Shown here piece after piece: positions 18,248-25,645 of a stretch of 64,000 nucleotides of DNA. Position numbers and translations under genes: made by a program. The stretch is from the NCBI GenBank assembly GCA_964422555.1, contig CAYRBR010000002.1, forward strand, positions 4,434 to 68,433, given 5' to 3'. The DNA comes from an uncultured Caldisericota bacterium. Its GTDB lineage: Bacteria; Caldisericota; Caldisericia; UBA6126. The stretch's first letter is position 1; each line of letters starts with the position of its first letter. The notes under the pieces were generated by a model that worked only from the letters and a program-made list of their open reading frames with translations, did not search any database and was not told the origin of the DNA.

Positions 18248-19477
18248 CTATTCCAGGTCGTGTTCCCCAAGAGAACACGACCTTTTTTTATTTAAAAATA
18301 CGGCAACTAATTTACCAAAGAATCGAATCAAAACATTGTCTAGTTCTTTATGAGCTTTTTTCAACTCTTTTCGTATTTTAATACTTTGAGGACATAATTT
18401 TTCACATCTTCCGCAATCAGTGCATAAATCTACTCCAGATTTTCTTCCCCCCATGAGACCTAGTAACTTTCCTAAATAACTCAACTGTGCTGCTTTGCCA
18501 CCAAAAAAAGATTTATTATTGTAGTCACTAAAGATTCCTGGTATGTCCACGCCATATGGACAAGGCATACAATAACCACAACCCGTACATGGCACTTTCA
18601 TTAATCGATTGAAAATTACTTTTACGTCATTAATAATGTTAATTTCCTCTTCGGACATACTACCAGGTTTTGTAGTGTCAGCAACGTGAATATTCTCTTC
18701 TATATGAACTTGTACATTCATACCGCTTAACACAATTCCTACTTCTTTTTGATTCCAAATCCAGCGTAATGCCCAATGAGAAGGTGACCTGTTTTCCTTA
18801 TATTCATTGAATTTATGGATTGCCTCCATTGGTATTTTAGATGCTAAATTCCCTCCACGAAGGGGTTCCATTACTACTACACCGATATTTTTCTTATAAG
18901 CGTTGTATAAGCCAGCCACTCCAGCCTGATTATATTCATCTAAATAATTGTATTGGATTTGACAAAAATCCCAGGGAAAATCATTCAATATTTTTTGAAA
19001 TTCATCAGGCCTTCCATGAAATGAAAAACCGATAAAACGGATCTTTTTGTTGCGTTTCATTTCATTAACAAAAGAGATAATCCCGAATTCTTTTAATCTC
19101 TCCCATGTTTTAAAACTATCAAGCATATGCATTAAGTAGTAATCTATATAATCGGTTCCTAGTCTTTTTAGCTGAGTAAAAAAGAATTTTTTTATCTGTT
19201 CTGGTCTTTGTAACAAAAACGTAGGTAGCTTATCGGCTATATAAACTTTCTTCCGTATTTGATTTCTTGCAATAAACTTACCTAAAATTATCTCGCTTTT
19301 CCCTGCATGGTATGGATAAGCGGTATCAAAATAATTAACACCATTCTCGTAAGCATAAAGCAATTGGTCATAGGTTTTTTTCTCATCAATGCGAGTATTC
19401 TTTGTTGGAAATCTCATACATCCGTACCCTAAAACTGATACAAAATCCCCGCCTTTGACTAATTGTTTATATCTCAT
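18248..19477 (-). CDS. Aldo/keto reductase fused to a C-terminal 2x[4Fe-4S] ferredoxin-like domain
   Basis: AKR N-domain (GYGCMRF, FDTAYPYHAGKSE). C-terminal CTGCGYCMPCP and CTDCGRCEKLCP. Confidence 0.8.
   Translation of the reverse strand: MRYKQLVKGGDFVSVLGYGCMRFPTKNTRIDEKKTYDQLLYAYENGVNYFDTAYPYHAGKSEIILGKFIARNQIRKKVYIADKLPTFLLQRPEQIKKFFFTQLKRLGTDYIDYYLMHMLDSFKTWERLKEFGIISFVNEMKRNKKIRFIGFSFHGRPDEFQKILNDFPWDFCQIQYNYLDEYNQAGVAGLYNAYKKNIGVVVMEPLRGGNLASKIPMEAIHKFNEYKENRSPSHWALRWIWNQKEVGIVLSGMNVQVHIEENIHVADTTKPGSMSEEEINIINDVKVIFNRLMKVPCTGCGYCMPCPYGVDIPGIFSDYNNKSFFGGKAAQLSYLGKLLGLMGGRKSGVDLCTDCGRCEKLCPQSIKIRKELKKAHKELDNVLIRFFGKLVAVFLNKKRSCSLGEHDLE
18256..18289. terminator. Rho-independent terminator between convergent genes (10-bp GC-rich stem GGTCGTGTTC/GAACACGACC, 7-nt loop, T7 run)
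   Basis: Perfect inverted repeat 18256-18282 followed by TTTTTTT. Lies 23 nt after the gamma-subunit stop and overlaps the last codons of the minus-strand AKR gene. Confidence 0.55.
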
Positions 19478-19913
19478 ACCACTCTCCTTTTTTTAACTTT
19501 AACAATGTATTCTCCATGGCTTTCAAAGCTTCCGTAGGAGTTTCTATATTCTGAACCGATTTCTCGATAGGACAATTCCCGTTTTTTTCTCTATTTCGAA
19601 TAGTGGGTACAACACTTTTATAGCAAACATCTATGTTGTTGCGTTTTGCATACTCTAAAGCAATCACGCTTATCACAGGTGTATAGATTTTTTTTGCATG
19701 TAAAATAATGGATAAAACAACAGCTCCTTTTCCAACAATCTTATCCGCAATAATTAAGTCATTGTACCTACTTTCATAAAAGCGATAGTAATTTAATAGA
19801 GGTGTGATACCACGCTCTGTAGACTTATACACTAATAGATCGTGATAAAAAATGTAACAGGTAATCAATGGATTGGTTTTAAAAAGACCCCAATAGTCAG
19901 CGTTAGTTTTCAT
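19467..19913 (-). CDS. Small conserved hypothetical protein (148 aa; possibly DUF1893/TM1506-like)
   Basis: ORF overlapping both neighbours by 11 nt. Family assignment is from memory only and is tentative. Confidence 0.4.
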   Translation of the reverse strand: MKTNADYWGLFKTNPLITCYIFYHDLLVYKSTERGITPLLNYYRFYESRYNDLIIADKIVGKGAVVLSIILHAKKIYTPVISVIALEYAKRNNIDVCYKSVVPTIRNREKNGNCPIEKSVQNIETPTEALKAMENTLLKLKKGEWYEI

Positions 19914-20415
19914 CTTTTATGATCTTCTTCAATTGTTGGACCAGATAAGGAATCAAGAGTATCTGAATAACAACACCAGGCAAACCCGTTGTGATATAGG
20001 ACCAAGTACCAAATTGCATTGGTAGCGATATTGAAAAAATATGAATGGAACAAACCATTAAAAGAAAAGAAGCTAATCTTCCACAGACCATTGCTATAAT
20101 CAAAGCAAGGTATATGTTGATTTTCAGTTTATAGCCAAGATATCCTGCAACGAAACCGTATGTAATCAGCTCAAAGAACATGAAAAAAGCAAGGGGCATA
20201 GATGGCATACCAATTAAAAAACCAATAACTACGGACAGGGAACCTATCAAAACACCGTAAAATGAGCCTAACAAAATTGCTCCAACTAGAACGGGGATGT
20301 GCATTGGTAAAAAAACTTTTCCCATTGTAGAACCCCCAATAATGTGAAACATATAGGGAATAAGAACACCTGCAGCAACAAACATAGCGGTATAGGTTAT
20401 CTTTTTTATCTTCAT
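19903..20415 (-). CDS. ECF-transporter S-component-like polytopic membrane protein
   Basis: 170 aa with 5-6 TM. N-terminal pattern TAMFVAAGVLIPYMFHIIGG…LPMHIPVLVGAILLG resembles ECF substrate-capture components. Confidence 0.5.
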   Translation of the reverse strand: MKIKKITYTAMFVAAGVLIPYMFHIIGGSTMGKVFLPMHIPVLVGAILLGSFYGVLIGSLSVVIGFLIGMPSMPLAFFMFFELITYGFVAGYLGYKLKINIYLALIIAMVCGRLASFLLMVCSIHIFSISLPMQFGTWSYITTGLPGVVIQILLIPYLVQQLKKIIKDEN

Positions 20416-20526
20416 ACATATCCTTGTTAAAATAAAATCGGAAAAAGTATAACATAGAATAAAAGACTAACTATTGAAACAGATTTCAAATCCCTTGACT
20501 GTTAATGATACATTACGGACATAGAT

Positions 20527-20937
20527 TCAGAATTCTTCAATCTTGGGTCTTTTACGAAGGCTCTTCGTTTGGGAATGTTGACGCTTCATTTCTAACCGTT
20601 TTATCTTGGAATGGTAGGTAGGTTTTGTAGATATTCTTTCTTTCTCATCTATTAATGCCTTGTTTACCATCTCATTCAATCTGCTTATTGCTCTTTTTCG
20701 ATTCTCTAGTTGACTTCTAGTTTCTTGGTTTGTAGCCTGTAATATTGATGTATTGTAGTAAGTACTAATCCTTTTCTTTTGTTCTTCTGAGAAAACAATA
20801 GAAGAGTATATTCTCCATATAACCAACACTTTTGTGTTCGTTTTGTTAACATTTTGTCCACCTGGACCAGATGATCTCGCAAATTTTATTTCAATCTCGT
20901 TTAAGGGAATATTCTCAATCATAGTAATCTTTAACAT
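20527..20937 (-). CDS. arfB: Alternative ribosome-rescue factor ArfB (class-I release-factor-like peptidyl-tRNA hydrolase)
   Basis: GGQ motif in SSGPGGQNVNKTNTKV. Basic C-terminal tail (KRQHSQTKSLRKRPK). About 136 aa. Confidence 0.75.
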   Translation of the reverse strand: MLKITMIENIPLNEIEIKFARSSGPGGQNVNKTNTKVLVIWRIYSSIVFSEEQKKRISTYYNTSILQATNQETRSQLENRKRAISRLNEMVNKALIDEKERISTKPTYHSKIKRLEMKRQHSQTKSLRKRPKIEEF

Positions 20938-20953
20938 ATAATATTCAATTCAT

Positions 20954-20986
20954 CAAAAAAAAGGGCTCTTAAAAAGAGCCCTTTTC
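20954..20986 (-). terminator. Rho-independent terminator downstream of the ATPase gene (stem AGGGCTCTT/AAGAGCCCT, then a U run on the minus strand)
   Basis: Inverted repeat 20962-20983. Flanked by an A8 run on the plus strand, which is U8 after the hairpin on the minus strand. Confidence 0.55.
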
Positions 20987-21010
20987 ATTCACACCATAAA
21001 GAAGGTTTTT

Positions 21011-22363
21011 TTACATCTCATCTACCATTTGGTCAAAAGTGAGTAACTTCACGGTTTTGCGATTCTTAACAACTTTTTCAAAATCAGCTGTAAATCCTTT
21101 TAAGCTAACAAAATAGTAGTACTTCTGACGTAATTTTGTTTTGAAAGGTACAAGTTGAGTTTGTTCAACAAAAGAACGGTAATCTGTCTTGTTGATGATA
21201 TGGTCATTCACATTAATGTCCACAAATAAAGCTCTTCTGTAGTCGGTACTCAAGATATCAATACTATGTGCATCATAATCCCACCAGGGTGATGTTAAAA
21301 CAGGTTCAAATGGATCTTCCATTTTAGACATCCATTGTCGAACAATCTCTGTAACAACGTGATCAATGAAGGAATAGTAATCTTCCTTAACATGCTCAAC
21401 AATGAACTCAGGATGCAATGTATATAGTGCTTCTGGATCATAATAAACATAGCGAAACCAAAAATAGAGGAATATATCTTGAATCATGTATCGACTTTTT
21501 CTTGTTACTTTAGGATTTGTGCTATTTCCGGGGACAACTCTTCTAATTAGCTTCATTTCGCGTAATCGATCAACAAAAGAGGTTAGATTATGTGTTTGCA
21601 AATTAAGCTTATGGGATAAATCCCCAATTTTTAACTCATGGTATGCTAATACTTGTAAAATTGAATAATACGTTGACGGTTCATGAAATTCATACCGTAA
21701 AATTGAACAAGGATCATAAAATGGTAGTCTTTCATTTGATATGAAATTCTTCTCGATGTTGTCAAATAAATCTAATTTTGGATCTAACCACTCCATGAAT
21801 CTTGATACACCACCCGTGATACCATATAACTCAATTGCTCTTTGAGAAGTTAAATCTGGATAATAGTTTTTAAATTCTTTAAAATTCAAAGGTTTCAGTT
21901 CAATTGAAGTAAATCTTTCTTTTGAAAACGTTGAAAATCTGAAATTAACAAAATTAGCTTGTGGAAAAGATGACGATACAAATACGGTAAAGGGGCCATC
22001 AACAGCGTTTTTCTCAATATGACTTAGAATGTCTTGTGTTATTTTGTAGAGGTAGGGAAAATCATCCCACACAATAGTTAAATTCTCTTTGCGTGCCAGT
22101 TGATAAACGTTTTTAACAAAGTCTTTCCACTCAATTTCTGATTCAAAATCTGGATATTGCCTTCGAACAACACGAATAAATCGACTAATCTGGATAGGAG
22201 AATGTTGCGATAAACACTTAAAGTAAAAACCTTTTTTGTCTTTTAAAAAGTGTCTAATAAGGTACGTTTTACCACATCCAGATTTACCGTAAAGCAAAAC
22301 CATACGATAATTTTTAGCTTGAAAAATTTTCTCTAGATACTCAAACTCATTTTTGTGAATCAT
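21011..22363 (-). CDS. AAA+ ATP-binding protein (archaeal-type ATPase domain plus C-terminal DUF234-like wHTH)
   Basis: Walker A LLYGKSGCGKTYL, Walker-B-like IVWDDFP. 450 aa. Architecture typical of the ATPase/DUF234 family that is expanded in Thermotogae and Archaea. Confidence 0.7.
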   Translation of the reverse strand: MIHKNEFEYLEKIFQAKNYRMVLLYGKSGCGKTYLIRHFLKDKKGFYFKCLSQHSPIQISRFIRVVRRQYPDFESEIEWKDFVKNVYQLARKENLTIVWDDFPYLYKITQDILSHIEKNAVDGPFTVFVSSSFPQANFVNFRFSTFSKERFTSIELKPLNFKEFKNYYPDLTSQRAIELYGITGGVSRFMEWLDPKLDLFDNIEKNFISNERLPFYDPCSILRYEFHEPSTYYSILQVLAYHELKIGDLSHKLNLQTHNLTSFVDRLREMKLIRRVVPGNSTNPKVTRKSRYMIQDIFLYFWFRYVYYDPEALYTLHPEFIVEHVKEDYYSFIDHVVTEIVRQWMSKMEDPFEPVLTSPWWDYDAHSIDILSTDYRRALFVDINVNDHIINKTDYRSFVEQTQLVPFKTKLRQKYYYFVSLKGFTADFEKVVKNRKTVKLLTFDQMVDEM

Positions 22364-22534
22364 AATAATGCCTCATCTATCTTTTTGAGATTTTTATTAT
22401 CATATATATTGTAATTACTTAATCAGAAAATCCTAAGCAAATATAAGAAAAAAATAAACCAAATGAAGGGTAACTTTGTATTTAATGAAACGGGGATTTA
22501 ACGTTAGCCTGCCTTAAATCCCCGTTTCATAGGG

Positions 22535-24223
22535 TTATAGGGAAATATTCTTATGTATTGTAAAAATCTCTAATTCGTAACCTTTTTCTCCAGACACGAG
22601 AAATAAAAATTCATTATCTTTATTAGAAACATAAAAAACTAGGGTAGTAGAATTCTCTTGTGTGTCTGAAAGCAATCCGTAAAATTCGGGTTCATTGTTA
22701 CTATTTAGCTCATACACAAGCCAATCAATCTGATTGTTGTTTTGAACTCGTAAAAGAAAATGGGATTCGGAAGAGTATAACAACGAGACTGGAGCTGTAG
22801 GTAGGGAATAATTGGATGGCAAAAGAATATTCTCTCTTACATCGCCGGTAGCAAGATCTACAATTGTTAGATTAATTTGCGTATCATCTTGATCGTGCAC
22901 ACGAATTTGATATAAATCATTCCAAAAAGTCTTAATCTGTGAAAACTCTAAATTCCTATTCCAATGTATCTTCCCAGTATTTAAATCTAGACATATCAAA
23001 CTTGTATCAGATGTTTCCACATAAAGTTCATTTGGTTTAGACTCAAATATGGAATATCTACATTGAACTCCATATTTTTTTTCAAATGGTCCAAGAATGG
23101 AATTAATCTCTTTTTCCCACATGATCTTTCCGGTTTCTTTATTAAATGCCACAATCGAGTATCTGGTATCCATCCTACCAGTATTAATAATCATAGTAGG
23201 AGTTTCAAAAAAGGTAGATTGGAAGTGAACTTCAACCTGACTATCATAACGATATTCAGCAAGTACCTTTCCAGTTACTGGATGAATTCGATAAGCTAAG
23301 GGCTCACCTTCATCAGATGAAGGTATTAGCAAAGATTGGTCGTCCAAAATGATAAAATTCCGATAAAAGTCAGATACATATATGTCATCGCCAGGTTTCA
23401 ATATTGAAGATAAAGACCATAACTGAACACCACTCTGTGGATCAACACCAATCAGATTTTCATCTTTTGTAAACAAAACAACCGATGGAGAAAATCCAAG
23501 GAACGTTTCATTCTGATTAGCTAACTTTCTTTCCCATAAAGAAGTTCCAGTCTTTGCATCATACCCAAACACATATCCCTCTCTTTTAGTTTGATTAAAC
23601 TCCATCCTTGCAACGATATCATTATTGACAGGAAAATAATAATCTAAACCAACCGAAGAAAGTGGTTTCGCCCACAATTCTTTCGCATTTTCCTTAACTA
23701 AACAAAACACTGCTTCTTGATCTTTGCATAGAAAGTATTCTGAAGAAGATCCGATAAACTCTTTGTTAATCAGAAAAGAACTGCTTTCAAGCACGCTCTT
23801 ATCTTCAAGATCAATCTTTGTAAATCCTGCCTTCCCGGAATTTACAAAGATTCTATCACTAGTCCAGGTTGAATTATATTGCGAAGGTGGGCCCATTATG
23901 GCAGGATAAGAGAACAGTCTACTACGCTTTAAAACATCCTTACTATTAACAACAAGTTCTTCCTCGTTCCAATCATTCGCCTGATCGGAAGATTTTGAAT
24001 TGTCAGTCTTGCCTAAGTCACTTCCAGAATTATCTGTACCTTCTATACCAGAATTGCTACTATTCTCCTGCTTATCATTAGAAATAGATTCGTTTTGGGG
24101 AGTTTTATCAGGATTTGTGTCCTGTTTGCAAGCCAAGAATGAACAAGAAAAGAAAAACACAAGCATGAGGATAGCAATTATTCTCATAACGATAGGAAGA
24201 AAACCACTCTTCGGATTATTCAT
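22535..24223 (-). CDS. PQQ-like beta-propeller repeat lipoprotein
   Basis: Signal peptide with Cys (FFFSCSFLAC). Repeated D/N-x-x-TGK-x-x-W motifs: AKTGTSLWER, PQSGVQLWSL, KETGKIMWEK, LNTGKIHWNR, LATGDV. Confidence 0.7.
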   Translation of the reverse strand: MNNPKSGFLPIVMRIIAILMLVFFFSCSFLACKQDTNPDKTPQNESISNDKQENSSNSGIEGTDNSGSDLGKTDNSKSSDQANDWNEEELVVNSKDVLKRSRLFSYPAIMGPPSQYNSTWTSDRIFVNSGKAGFTKIDLEDKSVLESSSFLINKEFIGSSSEYFLCKDQEAVFCLVKENAKELWAKPLSSVGLDYYFPVNNDIVARMEFNQTKREGYVFGYDAKTGTSLWERKLANQNETFLGFSPSVVLFTKDENLIGVDPQSGVQLWSLSSILKPGDDIYVSDFYRNFIILDDQSLLIPSSDEGEPLAYRIHPVTGKVLAEYRYDSQVEVHFQSTFFETPTMIINTGRMDTRYSIVAFNKETGKIMWEKEINSILGPFEKKYGVQCRYSIFESKPNELYVETSDTSLICLDLNTGKIHWNRNLEFSQIKTFWNDLYQIRVHDQDDTQINLTIVDLATGDVRENILLPSNYSLPTAPVSLLYSSESHFLLRVQNNNQIDWLVYELNSNNEPEFYGLLSDTQENSTTLVFYVSNKDNEFLFLVSGEKGYELEIFTIHKNISL

Positions 24224-24236
24224 TAACGTTTCCTTA

Positions 24237-24746
24237 TTAACTTTCGGTAGTAGGTGGTGTAAATGTTCGACTACTTAACTCTCTATCGAGCATAAGTAAA
24301 CCACGCCCATCATTTTGAACCAATTCTAATTCTTGTACAACTTTTCCAACGTTATCTTCTTCTTCAACCTGTTCATCCACAAACCAATTAAGCATCGTTC
24401 TGCTAGCATAGTCTTTTTCTTCTTCAGCAACAGCAACCAGATCGTTAATACAAGCAGTAATGTGTTTTTCATGCTCTAGTGAAGCCTTAAATGCATCAAG
24501 AGGGGAATCCCATGACATTTTAGGTTCTTGGATTGCCATGAGTTTCACTCTCCCACCTCTCTCACAAATATGGTTAAAAAATTTGCTAGCATGGAATAAT
24601 TCCTCTTGTGCTTGAACATTCATCCAAGAAGCAAAACCAGCTAATCCGATTGACTCAAAATAAGCTCTAATTGATTGATATAGATAAGCTGAAAAAACTT
24701 CTTCATTTATTTGTTTGTTAAAAGAATCTTCAATTTTTTTATTCAT
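24237..24746 (-). CDS. Ferritin-like iron-storage protein
   Basis: 169 aa. Ferritin di-iron ligand pattern (EEVFSAYLYQSIRAY…QAQEELFHASKFFNHI…EHEKHIT). Confidence 0.8.
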   Translation of the reverse strand: MNKKIEDSFNKQINEEVFSAYLYQSIRAYFESIGLAGFASWMNVQAQEELFHASKFFNHICERGGRVKLMAIQEPKMSWDSPLDAFKASLEHEKHITACINDLVAVAEEEKDYASRTMLNWFVDEQVEEEDNVGKVVQELELVQNDGRGLLMLDRELSSRTFTPPTTES

Positions 24747-24771
24747 ACAGTCCTCCGATAATAGTTAAAGA

Positions 24772-25155
24772 TTAGAGTTTTGTTTCCCACAAACCATGAA
24801 TGTTACAAAAAGCAATAACAGATCCACCATTTTTAGGTTTACAAAAGACAGCTTCGGCAACTTTTTGGTCTTTAACTTCTTTTCTAACTACATATCCATC
24901 AGTACTTCTAAACTCAATCCATTCAATATGGTGTTTCTCTTCCATAGGATGGGGTACTTCCCCAATTTTAACCACCATTTCGTTTTCTTTGAGAACAATT
25001 ACAGGCTTATGCTTTTCGTTTCCGGTATCTTCAGTTTTAGATGTATACTCCTTCATTGGTTTACCACAACATACAAGCTCTCCTGGACCCCCACGAAGAG
25101 TTTCAACGACATTTCCGCAAATCTCGCATTCATAAATGTAACCTTTTTTGGCCAT
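24772..25155 (-). CDS. dfx: Desulfoferrodoxin (2Fe superoxide reductase)
   Basis: N-terminal desulforedoxin CEICGN…CCGKPM. SOR domain His/Cys ligands (HKPV…HPMEEKHHIEW…CNIHGLWE). ATG at 25155 follows GGAGG; the upstream extension in the ORF track is unlikely. Confidence 0.85.
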   Translation of the reverse strand: MAKKGYIYECEICGNVVETLRGGPGELVCCGKPMKEYTSKTEDTGNEKHKPVIVLKENEMVVKIGEVPHPMEEKHHIEWIEFRSTDGYVVRKEVKDQKVAEAVFCKPKNGGSVIAFCNIHGLWETKL

Positions 25156-25168
25156 CAACAACCTCCAT

Positions 25169-25594
25169 TCAAGTATTTTGTAAGGAATCAACAAACACAT
25201 TTGCTCTTTGAAGTACATATCGATCGTTTCCGTGTTTTAGATAAGATAGAGCTTTTTCCCCCGGAAGCCATTTTGATTGATCGTGTTCTTGGAAAAGAAA
25301 CTGAATTTTCTTTTCATTTGTTTTTGCTAGAAAAAAAACAACCTCTTTAACGCAGTCATTGTAGGGAGAATAAAAAACAGTTTCTCTAAAACCAGGGACA
25401 AACATAAGAGAACGAAGACCTACTTCTTCATAAATCTCGCGTCTTGCTGTATCATATTCAGATTCATTCTTTTCGACATGACCTTTAACTAAACCCCAAT
25501 ATTGAGAATGATTCTTGTATCTCACAACAAGAAACAAAATCTGTTTTTTCTCTAATCGATAAATAATACTTCCACAAGATTTTTCAAATCTCAT
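25169..25594 (-). CDS. NUDIX hydrolase
   Basis: Nudix box GHVEKNESEYDTARREIYEEVGL (Gx5Ex7REUxEExGU). Start at 25594 (MRFEKSCGSIIY) is preferred over the longer ORF. Confidence 0.75.
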   Translation of the reverse strand: MRFEKSCGSIIYRLEKKQILFLVVRYKNHSQYWGLVKGHVEKNESEYDTARREIYEEVGLRSLMFVPGFRETVFYSPYNDCVKEVVFFLAKTNEKKIQFLFQEHDQSKWLPGEKALSYLKHGNDRYVLQRANVFVDSLQNT

Positions 25595-25645
25595 AATTAT
25601 ATTGTATATTGAAAATGACTGAAAATAAACCAATGGAGGTTTAAG

